A stretch of 64,000 bases of DNA from Auanema rhodensis (GCA_964057225.1 OZ059895.1:6758001-6822000), one strand, 5' to 3'; positions 35,804-51,300 are shown, numbered from the stretch's first letter. A program made the numbers and translations. Notes: a model not told the origin generated them from the sequence alone.

Positions 35804-36343
35804 GATTAACCCATAAGAGGTACGCTGAACATATTGATTACCTTTTAAAAATATTTAAATAAATAAAAAACAATATATATGAGAAATAATTTATTCAGTT
35901 TTAAACATACAATTAAAAAATATATAAATATTAAAATACATTTAAAAAGAACTATTATTAAAAACACATTTAAAAAGAAACAATTAAATAATAATATTTA
36001 CAAATACAATTTAAAATATATATAAATATTAAAAATACATTTAAAAAGAAATAAGTTTAAAAATATTTACAAATACAATTAACAAATATATAAATAATAA
36101 AAATTCATTTAAAATAATACATTAAAAAATAATTTAAAAAAAAAAAATCATGCATTTTGATCCATGCGCAGGCTCGAGAGCCTGCCTCGGGAGGAAAAGT
36201 ATATTTTTGACAGCTGACGCCGAAAATATGATTTTGACAGCTGACGCCCCCAAAAGTATGATTTTAGCAGCTGACGCCCTCAAAAGTATGTTTTTAGCAA
36301 CTGTTTGGGGGCGTGGTTAGTAAATTCGGCATGGCTCTCTACT
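35769..36343 (-). repeat. Right terminal inverted repeat (about 575 bp)
   Basis: Reverse complement of 19288-19932. Confidence 0.93.
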
Positions 36344-36349
36344 GGTATT
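36344..36349 (+). other. Right target-site duplication GGTATT
   Basis: Immediately follows ...CTCTCTACT, and the satellite resumes in register. Confidence 0.96.
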
Positions 36350-39300
36350 CATCTTCAACTTTGGTTTAATTACCCAAGTTTGAGGTACTTTGATGATTCA
36401 ACAAGGGTTACACCTGATGTTGAACTAAATTTTGGAAAGCTCACTATATGTGAGCAACATTGATATTCCATCTTTCTGAAGATTCTGAAGCTTGTCTCTC
36501 TCTTGATCGGAAATGTTTATTGTTCAGACAATCTCAGCCTAGAGTTTTGAATGTTTTTCTGAAGAAGAATACGGTGCACGTGCCATTTGCCTTGAGGTAT
36601 TCATCTTCAACTTTGGTTTAATTACCCAAGTTTGAGGTACTTTGATGATTCAACAAGGGTTACACCTGATGTTGAACTAAATTTTGGAAAGCTCACTGTA
36701 TGTGAGCAACATTGATATTCCATCTTTCTGAAGATTCGGAAGCTTGTCTATCTCTTGAATGGAAACGTTTATTGTTCAGACAATCTCAGTCTAGAGTTTT
36801 GAATGTTTTTCTGAAGAAGAATACGGTGCACGTGCCATTTGCCTTGAGGTATTCATCTTCATCTTTGGTTTAATTACCCAAGTTTGAGGTATTTTGATAA
36901 TTCAACAACGGTTACACCTGATGTTGAACTAAATTTTGGAAAGCTCACTATATGTGAGCAACATTGATATTCCATCTTTCTGAAGATTCTGAAGCTTGTC
37001 TATCTCTTGATCGGAAATGTTTATTGTTCAGACAATCTCAGCCTAGAGTTTTGAATGTTTTTCTGAAGAAGAATACGGTGCACGTGCCATTTGCCTTGAG
37101 GTATTCATCTTCATCTTTGGTTTAATTACCCAAGTTTGAGGTACTTTGATGATTCAACAACGGTTACACCTGATGTTGAACTAAATTTTGGAAAGCTCAC
37201 TATATGTGAGCAACATTGATATTCCATCTTTCTGAAGATTCTGAAGCTTGTCTATCTCTTGATCGGAAATGTTTATTGTTCAGACAATCTCAGTCTAGAG
37301 TTTTGAATGTTTTTCTGAAGAAGAATACGGTGCACGTGCCATTTGCCTTGAGGTATTCATCTTCATCTTTGGTTTAATTACCCAAGTTTGAGGTATTTTG
37401 ATAATTCAACAACGGTTACACCTGATGTTGAACTAAATTTTGGAAAGCTCACTATATGTGAGCAACATTGATATTCCATCTTTCTGAAGATTCTGAAGCT
37501 TGTCTATCTCTTGATCGGAAATGTTTATTGTTCAGACAATCTCAGCCTAGAGTTTTGAATGTTTTTCTGAAGAAGAATACGGTGCACGTGCCATTTGCCT
37601 TGAGGTATTCATCTTCAACTTTGGTTTATTTACCCAAGTTTGAGGTACTTTGATGATTCAACAAGGGTTACACCTGATGTTGAACTAAATTTTGGAAAGC
37701 TCACTATATGTGAGCAACATTGATATTCCATCTTTCTGAAGATTCTGAAGCTTGTCTATCTCTTGATCGGAAATGTTTATTGTTCAGACAATCTCAGCCT
37801 AGAGTTTTGAATGTTTTTCTGAAGAAGAATACGGTGCACGTGCCATTTGCCTTGAGGTATTCATCTTCATCTTTGGTTTAATTACCCAAGTTTGAGGTAC
37901 TTTGATGATTCAACAAGGGTTACACCTGATGTTGAACTAAATTTTGGAAAGCTCACTATATGTGAGCAACATTGATATTCCATCTTTCTGAAGATTCTGA
38001 AGCTTGTCTATCTCTTGATCGGAAATGTTTATTGTTCAGACAATCTCAGTCTAGAGTTTTGAATGTTTTTCTGAAGAAGAATACGGTGCACGTGCTATTT
38101 ACCCTGAGGTATTCATCTTCATCTTTGGTTTAATTACCCAAGTTTGAGGTATTTTGATAATTCAACAACGGTTACACCTGATGTTGAACTAAATTTTGGA
38201 AAGCTCACTATATGTGAGCAACATTGATATTCCATCTTTCTGAAGATTCTGAAGCTTGTCTATCTCTTGATCGGAAATGTTTATTGTTCAGACAATCTCA
38301 GTCTAGAGTTTTGAATGTTTTTCTGAAGAAGAATACGGTGCACGTGCCATTTGCCTTGAGGTATTCATCTTCATCTTTGGTTTAATTACCCAAGTTTGAG
38401 GTATTTTGATAATTCAACAACGGTTACACCTGATGTTGAACTAAATTTTGGAAAGCTCACTATATGTGAGCAACATTGATATTCCATCTTTCTGAAGATT
38501 CTGAAGCTTGTCTATCTCTTGATCGGAAATGTTTATTGTTCAGACAATCTCAGCCTAGAGTTTTGAATGTTTTTCTGAAGAAGAATACGGTGCACGTGCC
38601 ATTTGCCTTGAGGTATTCATCTTCATCTTTGTTTTAATTACCCAAGTTTGAGGTACTTTGATGATTCAACAAGGGTTACACCTGATGTTGAACTAAATTT
38701 TGGAAAGCTCACTATATGTGAGCAACATTGATATTCCATCTTTCTGAAGATTCTGAAGCTTGTCTATCTCTTGAATGGAAACGTTTATTGTTCAGACAAT
38801 CTCAGTCTAGAGTTTTGAATGTTTTTCTGAAGAAGAATACGGTGCACGTGCCATTTGCCTTGAGGTATTCATCTTCATCTTTGGTTTAATCACCCAAGTT
38901 TGAGGTATTTTGATAATTCAACAACGGTTACACCTGATGTTGAACTAAATTTTGGAAAGCTCACTATATGTGAGCAACATTGATATTCCATCTTTCTGAA
39001 GATTCTGAAGCTTGTCTATCTCTTGATCGGAAATGTTTATTGTTCAGACAATCTCAGCCTAGAGTTTTGAATGTTTTTCTGAAGAAGAATACGGTGCACG
39101 TGCCATTTGCCTTGAGGTATTCATCTTCATCTTTGTTTTAATTACCCAAGTTTGAGGTACTTTGATGATTCAACAAGGGTTACACCTGATGTTGAACTAA
39201 ATTTTGGAAAGCTCACTATATGTGAGCAACATTGATATTCCATCTTTCTGAAGATTCTGAAGCTTGTCTCTCTCTTGATCGGAAATGTTTATTGTTCAGA

Positions 39301-42300
39301 CAATCTCAGCCTAGAGTTTTGAATGTTTTTCTGAAGAAGAATACGGTGCACGTGCCATTTGCCTTGAGGTATTCATCTTCATCTTTGGTTTAATTACCCA
39401 AGTTTGAGGTACTTTGATAATTCAACAAGGGTTACACCTGATGTTGAACTAAATTTTGGAAAGCTCACTATATGTGAGCAACATTGATATTCCATCTTTC
39501 TGAAGATTCTGAAGCTTGTCTATCTCTTGATCGGAAATGTTTATTGTTCAGACAATCTCAGCCTAGAGTTTTGAATGTTTTTCTGAAGAAGAATACGGTG
39601 CACGTGTCATTTGCCTTGAGGTATTCATCTTCAACTTTGGTTTAATTACCCAAGTTTGAGGTACTTTGATGATTCAACAAGGGTTACACCTGATGTTGAA
39701 CTAAATTTTGGAAAGCTCACTATATGTGAGCAACATTGATATTCCATCTTTCTGAAGATTCGGAAGCTTGTCTATCTCTTGAATGGAAACGTTTATTGTT
39801 CAGACAATCTCAGTCTAGAGTTTTGAATGTTTTTCTGAAGAAGAATACGGTGCACGTGCCATTTGCCTTGAGGTATTCATCTTCATCTTTGGTTTAATTA
39901 CCCAAGTTTGAGGTATTTTGATAATTCAACAACGGTTACACCTGATGTTGAACTAAATTTTGGAAAGCTCACTATATGTGAGCAACATTGATATTCCATC
40001 TTTCTGAAGATTCTGAAGCTTGTCTATCTCTTGATCGGAAATGTTTATTGTTCAGACAATCTCAGCCTAGAGTTTTGAATGTTTTTCTGAAGAAGAATAC
40101 GGTGCACGTGCCATTTGCCTTGAGGTATTCATCTTCAACTTTGGTTTAATTACCCAAGTTTGAGGTACTTTGATGATTCAACAAGGGTTACACCTGATGT
40201 TGAACTAAATTTTGGAAAGCTCACTATATGTGAGCAACATTGATATTCCATCTTTCTGAAGATTCTGAAGCTTGTCTATCTCTTGATCGGAAATGTTTAT
40301 TGTTCAGACAATCTCAGCCTAGAGTTTTGAATGTTTTTCTGAAGAATAATACGGTGCACGTGCCATTTGCCTTGAGGTATTCATCTTCATCTTTGGTTTA
40401 ATTACCCAAGTTTGAGGTACTTTGATGATTCAACAAGGGTTACACCTGATGTTGAACTAAATTTTGGAAAGCTCACTATATGTGAGCAACATTGATATTC
40501 CATCTTTCTGAAGATTCTGAAGCTTGTCTCTCTCTTGATCGGAAATGTTTATTGTTCAGACAATCTCAGCCTAGAGTTTTGAATGTTTTTCTGAAGAAGA
40601 ATACGGTGCACGTGCCATTTGCCTTGAGGTATTCATCTTCATCTTTGGTTTAATTACCCAAGTTTGAGGTACTTTGATGATTCAACAAGGGTTACACCTG
40701 ATGTTGAACTAAATTTTGGAAAGCTCACTATATGTGAGCAACATTGATATTCCATCTTTCTGAAGATTCTGAAGCTTGTCTCTCTCTTGATCGGAAATGT
40801 TTATTGTTCAGACAATCTCAGCCTAGAGTTTTGAATGTTTTTCTGAAGAAGAATACGGTGCACGTGCCATTTGCCTTGAGGTATTCATCTTCATCTTTGG
40901 TTTAATTACCCAAGTTTGAGGTATTTTGATAATTCAACAACGGTTACACCTGATGTTGAACTAAATTTTGGAAAGCTCACTATATGTGAGCAACATTGAT
41001 ATTCCATCTTTCTGAAGATTCTGAAGCTTGTCTATCTCTTGATCGGAAATGTTTATTGTTCAGACAATCTCAGCCTAGAGTTTTGAATGTTTTTCTGAAG
41101 AAGAATACGGTGCACGTGCCATTTGCCTTGAGGTATTCATCTTCATCTTTGGTTTAATTACCCAAGTTTGAGGTATTTTGATGATTCAACAAGGGTTACA
41201 CCTGATGTTGAACTAAATTTTGGAAAGCTCACTATATGTGAGCAACATTGATATTCCATCTTTCTGAAGATTCTGAAGCTTGTCTATCTCTTGATCGGAA
41301 ATGTTTATTGTTCAGACAATCTCAGTCTAGAGTTTTGAATGTTTTTCTGAAGAAGAATACGGTGCACGTGCCATTTGCCTTGAGGTATTCATCTTCATCT
41401 TTGGTTTAATTACCCAAGTTTGAGGTATTTTGATAATTCAACAACGGTTACACCTGATGTTGAACTAAATTTTGGAAAGCTCACTATATGTGAGCAACAT
41501 TGATATTCCATCTTTCTGAAGATTCTGAAGCTTGTCTATCTCTTGACCGGAAATGTTTATTGTTCAGACAATCTCAGTCTAGAGTTTTGAATGTTTTTCT
41601 GAAGAAGAATACGGTGCACGTGCCATTTGCCTTGAGGTATTCATCTTCATCTTTGGTTTAATTACCCTTGTTTGAGGTATTTTGATAATTCAACAAGGGT
41701 TACACCTGATGTTGAACTAAATTTTGGAAAGCTCACTATATGTGAGCAACATTGATATTCCATCTTTCTGAAGATTCTGAAGCTTGTCTATCTCTTGATC
41801 GGAAATGTTTATTGTTCAGACAATCTCAGTCTAGAGTTTTGAATGTTTTTCTGAAGAAGAATACGGTGCACGTGCCATTTGCCTTGAGGTATTCATCTTC
41901 ATCTTTGGTTTAATTACCCAAGTTTGAGGTATTTTGATAATTCAACAACGGTTACACCTGATGTTGAACTAAATTTTGGAAAGCTCACTATATGTGAGCA
42001 ACATTGATATTCCATCTTTCTGAAGATTCGGAAGCTTGTCTATCTCTTGAATGGAAACGTTTATTGTTCAGACAATCTCAGTCTAGAGTTTTGAATGTTT
42101 TTCTGAAGAAGAATACGGTGCACGTGCCATTTGCCTTGAGGTATTCATCTTCATCTTTGGTTTAATTACCCAAGTTTGAGGTACTTTGATGATTCAACAA
42201 GGGTTACACCTGATGTTGAACTAAATTTTGGAAAGCTCACTATATGTGAGCAACATTGATATTCCATCTTTCTGAAGATTCTGAAGCTTGTCTATCTCTT

Positions 42301-45300
42301 GATCGGAAATGTTTATTGTTCAGACAATCTCAGTCTAGAGTTTTGAATGTTTTTCTGAAGAAGAATACGGTGCACGTGCCATTTGCCTTGAGGTATTCAT
42401 CTTCATCTTTGGTTTAATTACCCAAGTTTGAGGTACTTTGATGATTCAACAAGGGTTACACCTGATGTTGAACTAAATTTTGGAAAGCTCACTATATGTG
42501 AGCAACATTGATATTCCATCTTTCTGAAGATTCTGAAGCTTGTCTCTCTCTTGATCGGAAATGTTTATTGTTCAGACAATCTCAGCCTAGAGTTTTGAAT
42601 GTTTTTCTGAAGAAGAATACGGTGCACGTGCCATTTGCCTTGAGGTATTCATCTTCATCTTTGGTTTAATTACCCAAGTTTGAGGTATTTTGATAATTCA
42701 ACAACGGTTACACCTGATGTTGAACTAAATTTTGGAAAGCTCACTATATGTGAGCAACATTGATATTCCATCTTTCTGAAGATTCTGAAGCTTGTCTATC
42801 TCTTGATCGGAAATGTTTATTGTTCAGACAATCTCAGCCTAGAGTTTTGAATGTTTTTCTGAAGAAGAATACGGTGCACGTGCCATTTGCCTTGAGGTAT
42901 TCATCTTCATCTTTGGTTTAATTACCCAAGTTTGAGGTATTTTGATAATTCAACAACGGTTACACCTGATGTTGAACTAAATTTTGGAAAGCTCACTATA
43001 TGTGAGCAACATTGATATTCCATCTTTCTGAAGTTTCTGAAGCTTGTCTATCTCTTGATCGGAAATGTTTATTGTTCAGACAATCTCAGCCTAGAGTTTT
43101 GAATGTTTTTCTGAAGAAGAATACGGTGCACGTGCCATTTGCCTTGAGGTATTCATCTTCATCTTTGGTTTAATTACCCAAGTTTGAGGTATTTTGATAA
43201 TTCAACAACGGTTACACCTGATGTTGAACTAAATTTTGGAAAGCTCACTATATGTGAGCAACATTGATATTCCATCTTTCTGAAGATTCTGAAGCTTGTC
43301 TATCTCTTGATCGGAAATGTTTATTGTTCAGACAATCTCAGCCTAGAGTTTTGAATGTTTTTCTGAAAAAGAATACGGTGCACGTGCCATTTGCCTTGAG
43401 GTATTCATCTTCATCTTTGGTTTAATTACCCAAGTTTGAGGTATTTTGATAATTCAACAACGGTTACACCTGATGTTGAACTAAATTTTGGAAAGCTCAC
43501 TATATGTGAGCAACATTGATATTCCATCTTTCTGAAGATTCTGAAGCTTGTCTATCTCTTGATCGGAAATGTTTATTGTTCAGACAATCTCAGCCTAGAG
43601 TTTTGAATGTTTTTCTGAAGAAGAATACGGTGCACGTGCCATTTGCCTTGAGGTATTCATCTTCATCTTTGGTTTAATTACCCAAGTTTGAGGTACTTTG
43701 ATGATTCAACAAGGGTTACACCTGATGTTGAACTAAATTTTGGAAAGCTCACTATATGTGAGCAACATTGATATTCCATCTTTCTGAAGATTCTGAAGCT
43801 TGTCTATCTCTTGATCGGAAATGTTTATTGTTCAGACAATCTCAGTCTAGAGTTTTGAATGTTTTTCTGAAGAAGAATACGGTGCACGTGCCATTTGCCT
43901 TGAGGTATTCATCTTCATCTTTGGTTTAATTACCCAAGTTTGAGGTATTTTGATAATTCAACAACGGTTACACCTGATGTTGAACTAAATTTTGGAAAGC
44001 TCACTATATGTGAGCAACATTGATATTCCATCTTTCTGAAGATTCTGAAGCTTGTCTATCTCTTGATCGGAAATGTTTATTGTTCAGACAATCTCAGCCT
44101 AGAGTTTTGAATGTTTTTCTGAAGAAGAATACGGTGCACGTGCCATTTGCCTTGAGGTATTCATCTTCAACTTTGGTTTAATTACCCAAGTTTGAGGTAC
44201 TTTGATGATTCAACAAGGGTTACACCTGATGTTGAACTAAATTTTGGAAAGCTCACTATATGTGAGCAACATTGATATTCCATCTTTCTGAAGATTCTGA
44301 AGCTTGTCTATCTCTTGATCGGAAATGTTTATTGTTCAGACAATCTCAGCCTAGAGTTTTGAATGTTTTTCTGAAGAAGAATACGGTGCACGTGCCATTT
44401 GCCTTGAGGTATTCATCTTCATCTTTGGTTTAATTACCCAAGTTTGAGGTACTTTGATGATTCAACAAGGGTTACACCTGATGTTGAACTAAATTTTGGA
44501 AAGCTCACTATATGTGAGCAACATTGATATTCCATCTTTCTGAAGATTCTGAAGCTTGTCTCTCTCTTGATCGGAAATGTTTATTGTTCAGACAATCTCA
44601 GCCTAGAGTTTTGAATGTTTTTCTGAAGAAGAATACGGTGCACGTGCCATTTGCCTTGAGGTATTCATCTTCAACTTTGGTTTAATTACCCAAGTTTGAG
44701 GTACTTTGATGATTCAACAAGGGTTACACCTGATGTTGAACTAAATTTTGGAAAGCTCACTATATGTGAGCAACATTGATATTCCATCTTTCTGAAGATT
44801 CTGAAGCTTGTCTATCTCTTGATCGGAAATGTTTATTGTTCAGACAATCTCAGCCTAGAGTTTTGAATGTTTTTCTGAAGAAGAATACGGTGCACGTGCC
44901 ATTTGCCTTGAGGTATTCATCTTCATCTTTGGTTTAATTACCCAAGTTTGAGGTACTTTGATGATTCAACAAGGGTTACACCTGATGTTGAACTAAATTT
45001 TGGAAAGCTCACTATATGTGAGCAACATTAATATTCCATCTTTCTGAAGATTCGGAAGCTTGTCTATCTCTTGATCGGAAATGTTTATTGTTCAGACAAT
45101 CTCAGCCTAGAGTTTTGAATGTTTTTCTGAAGAAGAATACGGTGCACGTGCCATTTGCCTTGAGGTATTCATCTTCATCTTTGGTTTAATTACCCAAGTT
45201 TGAGGTACTTTGATGATTCAACAAGGGTTACACCTGATGTTGAACTAAATTTTGGAAAGCTCACTATATGTGAGCAACATTGATATTTCATCTTTCTGAA

Positions 45301-48300
45301 GATTATGAAGCTTGTCTATCTCTTGACCGAAAATGTTCATTGTTCAGACAATCTCAGTCTAGAATTTTGAATGTTCTTCTGAACAGGAATACGGTGCACG
45401 TGCCATTTGCCTTGAGGTATTCATCTTCATCTTTGGTTTAATTACCCAAGTTTGAGGTACTTTGATGATTCAACAAGGGTTACACCTGATGTTGAACTAA
45501 ATTTTGGAAAGCTCACTATATGTGAGCAACATTGATATTCCATCTTTCTGAAGATTCTGAAGCTTGTCTATCTCTTGATCGGAAATGTTTATTGTTCAGA
45601 CAATCTCAGTCTAGAGTTTTGAATGTTTTTCTGAAGAAGAATACGGTGCACGTGCCATTTGCCTTGAGGTATTCATCTTCATCTTTGGTTTAATTACCCA
45701 AGTTTGAGGTACTTTGATGATTCAACAAGGGTTACACCTGATGTTGAACTAAATTTTGGAAAGCTCACTATATGTGAGCAACATTGATATTTCATCTTTC
45801 TGAAGATTCTGAAGCTTGTCTCTCTCTTGATCGGAAATGTTTATTGTTCAGACAATCTCAGCCTAGAGTTTTGAATGTTTTTCTGAAGAAGAATACGGTG
45901 CACGTGCCATTTGCCTTGAGGTATTCATCTTCATCTTTGGTTTAATTACCCAAGTTTGAGGTATTTTGATAATTCAACAACGGTTACACCTGATGTTGAA
46001 CTAAATTTTGGAAAGCTCACTATATGTGAGCAACATTGATATTCCATCTTTCTGAAGATTCTGAAGCTTGTCTATCTCTTGATCGGAAATGTTTATTGTT
46101 CAGACAATCTCAGTCTAGAGTTTTGAATGTTTTTCTGAAGAAGAATACGGTGCACGTGCCATTTACCTTGAGGTATTCATCTTCATCTTTGGTTTAATTA
46201 CCCAAGTTTGAGGTATTTTGATAATTCAACAACGGTTACACCTGATGTTGAACTAAATTTTGGAAAGCTCACTATATGTGAGCAACATTGATATTCCATC
46301 TTTCTGAAGATTCTGAAGCTTGTCTATCTCTTGATCGGAAATGTTTATTGTTCAGACAATCTCAGCCTAGAGTTTTGAATGTTTTTCTGAAGAAGAATAC
46401 GGTGCACGTGCCATTTGCCTTGAGGTATTCATCTTCATCTTTGGTTTAATTACCCAAGTTTGAGGTACTTTGATGATTCAACAAGGGTTACACCTGATGT
46501 TGAACTAAATTTTGGAAAGCTCACTATATGTGAGCAACATTGATATTCCATCTTTCTGAAGATTCTGAAGCTTGTCTATCTCTTGATCGGAAATGTTTAT
46601 TGTTCAGACAATCTCAGCCTAGAGTTTTGAATGTTTTTCTGAAGAAGAATACGGTGCACGTGCCATTTGCCTTGAGGTATTCATCTTCAACTTTGGTTTA
46701 ATTACCCAAGTTTGAGGTACTTTGATGATTCAACAAGGGTTACACCTGATGTTGAACTAAATTTTGGAAAGCTCACTATATGTGAGCAACATTGATATTC
46801 CATCTTTCTGAAGATTCTGAAGCTTGTCTCTCTCTTGATCGGAAATGTTTATTGTTCAGACAATCTCAGCCTAGAGTTTTGAATGTTTTTCTGAAGAAGA
46901 ATACGGTGCACGTGCCATTTGCCTTGAGGTATTCATCTTCATCTTTGGTTTAATTACCCAAGTTTGAGGTACTTTGATGATTCAACAAGGGTTACACCTG
47001 ATGTTGAACTAAATTTTGGAAAGCTCACTATATGTGAGCAACATTGATATTCCATCTTTCTGAAGATTCTGAAGCTTGTCTCTCTCTTGATCGGAAATGT
47101 TTATTGTTCAGACAATCTCAGCCTAGAGTTTTGAATGTTTTTCTGAAGAAGAATACGGTGCACGTGCCATTTGCCTTGAGGTATTCATCTTCATCTTTGG
47201 TTTAATTACCCAAGTTTGAGGTACTTTGATGATTCAACAAGGGTTACACCTGATGTTGAACTAAATTTTGGAAAGCTCACTATATGTGAGCAACATTGAT
47301 ATTCCATCTTTCTGAAGATTCTGAAGCTTGTCTCTCTCTTGATCGGAAATGTTTATTGTTCAGACAATCTCAGCCTAGAGTTTTGAATGTTTTTCTGAAG
47401 AAGAATACGGTGCACGTGCCATTTGCCTTGAGGTATTCATCTTCATCTTTGGTTTAATTACCCAAGTTTGAGGTACTTTGATGATTCAACAAGGGTTACA
47501 CCTGATGTTGAACTAAATTTTGGAAAGCTCACTATATGTGAGCAACATTGATATTCCATCTTTCTGAAGATTCTGAAGCTTGTCTCTCTCTTGATCGGAA
47601 ATGTTTATTGTTCAGACAATCTCAGCCTAGAGTTTTGAATGTTTTTCTGAAGAAGAATACGGTGCACGTGCCATTTGCCTTGAGGTATTCATCTTCAACT
47701 TTGGTTTAATTACCCAAGTTTGAGGTACTTTGATGATTCAACAAGGGTTACACCTGATGTTGAACTAAATTTTGGAAAGCTCACTATATGTGAGCAACAT
47801 TGATATTCCATCTTTCTGAAGATTCTGAAGCTTGTCTATCTCTTGATCGGAAATGTTTATTGTTCAGACAATCTCAGCCTAGAGTTTTGAATGTTTTTCT
47901 GAAGAAGAATACGGTGCACGTGTCATTTGCCTTGAGGTATTCATCTTCAACTTTGGTTTAATTACCCAAGTTTGAGGTACTTTGATGATTCAACAAGGGT
48001 TACACCTGATGTTGAACTAAATTTTGGAAAGCTCACTATATGTGAGCAACATTGATATTCCATCTTTCTGAAGATTCGGAAGCTTGTCTATCTCTTGAAT
48101 GGAAACGTTTATTGTTCAGACAATCTCAGTCTAGAGTTTTGAATGTTTTTCTGAAGAAGAATACGGTGCACGTGCCATTTGCCTTGAGGTATTCATCTTC
48201 ATCTTTGGTTTAATTACCCAAGTTTGAGGTACTTTGATAATTCAACAACGGTTACACCTGATGTTGAACTAAATTTTGGAAAGCTCACTATATGTGAGCA

Positions 48301-51300
48301 ACATTGATATTTCATCTTTCTGAAGATTCTGAAGCTTGTCTATCTCTTGATCGGAAATGTTTATTGTTCAGACAATCTCAGCCTAGAGTTTTGAATGTTT
48401 TTCTGAAGAAGAATACGGTGCACGTGCCATTTGCCTTGAGGTATTCATCTTCATCTTTGGTTTAATTACCCAAGTTTGAGGTACTTTGATGATTCAACAA
48501 GGGTTACACCTGATGTTGAACTAAATTTTGGAAAGCTCACTATATGTGAGCAACATTGATATTCCATCTTTCTGAAGATTCTGAAGCTTGTCTCTCTCTT
48601 GATCGGAAATGTTTATTGTTCAGACAATCTCAGCCTAGAGTTTTGAATGTTTTTCTGAAGAAGAATACGGTGCACGTGCCATTTGCCTTGAGGTATTCAT
48701 CTTCATCTTTGGTTTAATTACCCAAGTTTGAGGTATTTTGATAATTCAACAACGGTTACACCTGATGTTGAACTAAATTTTGGAAAGCTCACTATATGTG
48801 AGCAACATTGATATTCCATCTTTCTGAAGATTCTGAAGCTTGTCTCTCTCTTGATCGGAAATGTTTATTGTTCAGACAATCTCAGCCTAGAGTTTTGAAT
48901 GTTTTTCTGAAGAAGAATACGGTGCACGTGCCATTTGCCTTGAGGTATTCATCTTCATCTTTGGTTTAATTACCCAAGTTTGAGGTATTTTGATGATTCA
49001 ACAAGGGTTACACCTGATGTTGAACTAAATTTTGGAAAGCTCACTATATGTGAGCAACATTGATATTCCATCTTTCTGAAGATTCTGAAGCTTGTCTATC
49101 TCTTGATCGGAAATGTTTATTGTTCAGACAATCTCAGTCTAGAGTTTTGAATGTTTTTCTGAAGAAGAATACGGTGCACGTGCCATTTACCTTGAGGTAT
49201 TCATCTTCATCTTTGGTTTAATTACCCAAGTTTGAGGTATTTTGATAATTCAACAACGGTTACACCTGATGTTGAACTAAATTTTGGAAAGCTCACTATA
49301 TGTGAGCAACATTGATATTCCATCTTTCTGAAGAATCTGAAGCTTGTCTATCTCTTGATCGGAAATGTTTATTGTTCAGACAATCTCAGTCTAGAGTTTT
49401 GAATGTTTTTCTGAAGAAGAATACGGTGCACGTGCCATTTGCCTTGAGGTATTCATCTTCATCTTTGGTTTAATTACCCAAGTTTGAGGTACTTTGATGA
49501 TTCAACAAGGGTTACACCTGATGTTGAACTAAATTTTGGAAAGCTCACTATATGTGAGCAACATTGATATTCCATCTTTCTGAAGATTCTGAAGCTTGTC
49601 TATCTCTTGATCGGAAATGTTTATTGTTCAGACAATCTCAGCCTAGAGTTTTGAATGTTTTTCTGAAGAAGAATACGGTGCACGTGCCATTTGCCTTGAG
49701 GTATTCATCTTCATCTTTGGTTTAATTACCCAAGTTTGAGGTATTTTGATAATTCAACAACGGTTACACCTGATGTTGAACTAAATTTTGGAAAGCTCAC
49801 TATATGTGAGCAACATTGATATTCCATCTTTCTGAAGATTCTGAAGCTTGTCTATCTCTTGATCGGAAATGTTTATTGTTCAGACAATCTCAGCCTAGAG
49901 TTTTGAATGTTTTTCTGAAGAAGAATACGGTGCACGTGCCATTTGCCTTGAGGTTTACATCTTCATCTTTGGTTTAATTACCCAAGTTTGAGGTACTTTG
50001 ATGATTCAACAAGGGTTACACCTGATGTTGAACTAAATTTTGGAAAGCTCACTATATGTGAGCAACATTGATATTCCATCTTTCTGAAGATTCTGAAGCT
50101 TGTCTATCTCTTGATCGGAAATGTTTATTGTTCAGACAATCTCAGTCTAGAGTTTTGAATGTTTTTCTGAAGAAGAATACGGTGCACGTGCCATTTGCCT
50201 TGAGGTATTCATCTTCATCTTTGGTTTAATTACCCAAGTTTGAGGTATTTTGATAATTCAACAACGGTTACACCTGATGTTGAACTAAATTTTGGAAAGC
50301 TCACTATATGTGAGCAACATTGATATTCCATCTTTCTGAAGAATCTGAAGCTTGTCTATCTCTTGATCGGAAATGTTTATTGTTCAGACAATCTCAGTCT
50401 AGAGTTTTGAATGTTTTTCTGAAGAAGAATACGGTGCACGTGCCATTTGCCTTGAGGTATTCATCTTCATCTTTGGTTTAATTACCCAAGTTTGAGGTAC
50501 TTTGATGATTCAACAAGGGTTACACCTGATGTTGAACTAAATTTTGGAAAGCTCACTATATGTGAGCAACATTGATATTCCATCTTTCTGAAGATTCTGA
50601 AGCTTGTCTATCTCTTGATCGGAAATGTTTATTGTTCAGACAATCTCAGCCTAGAGTTTTGAATGTTTTTCTGAAGAAGAATACGGTGCACGTGCCATTT
50701 GCCTTGAGGTATTCATCTTCATCTTTGGTTTAATTACCCAAGTTTGAGGTATTTTGATAATTCAACAACGGTTACACCTGATGTTGAACTAAATTTTGGA
50801 AAGCTCACTATATGTGAGCAACATTGATATTCCATCTTTCTGAAGATTCTGAAGCTTGTCTATCTCTTGATCGGAAATGTTTATTGTTCAGACAATCTCA
50901 GCCTAGAGTTTTGAATGTTTTTCTGAAGAAGAATACGGTGCACGTGCCATTTGCCTTGAGGTATTCATCTTCATCTTTGGTTTAATTACCCAAGTTTGAG
51001 GTACTTTGATGATTCAACAAGGGTTACACCTGATGTTGAACTAAATTTTGGAAAGCTCACTATATGTGAGCAACATTGATATTCCATCTTTCTGAAGATT
51101 CTGAAGCTTGTCTATCTCTTGATCGGAAATGTTTATTGTTCAGACAATCTCAGTCTAGAGTTTTGAATGTTTTTCTGAAGAAGAATACGGTGCACGTGCC
51201 ATTTGCCTTGAGGTATTCATCTTCATCTTTGGTTTAATTACCCAAGTTTGAGGTATTTTGATAATTCAACAACGGTTACACCTGATGTTGAACTAAATTT

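Larger units (their letters stand above)
19288..36343. mobile_element. Complete Polinton/Maverick (virus-like self-synthesizing DNA transposon), 17,056 bp
   Basis: Starts AGTAGAGAGCCATGCCG and ends CGGCATGGCTCTCTACT. Has long TIRs and a 6-bp TSD, and encodes pPolB, integrase, ATPase, protease, major and minor capsid proteins. Confidence 0.98.
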
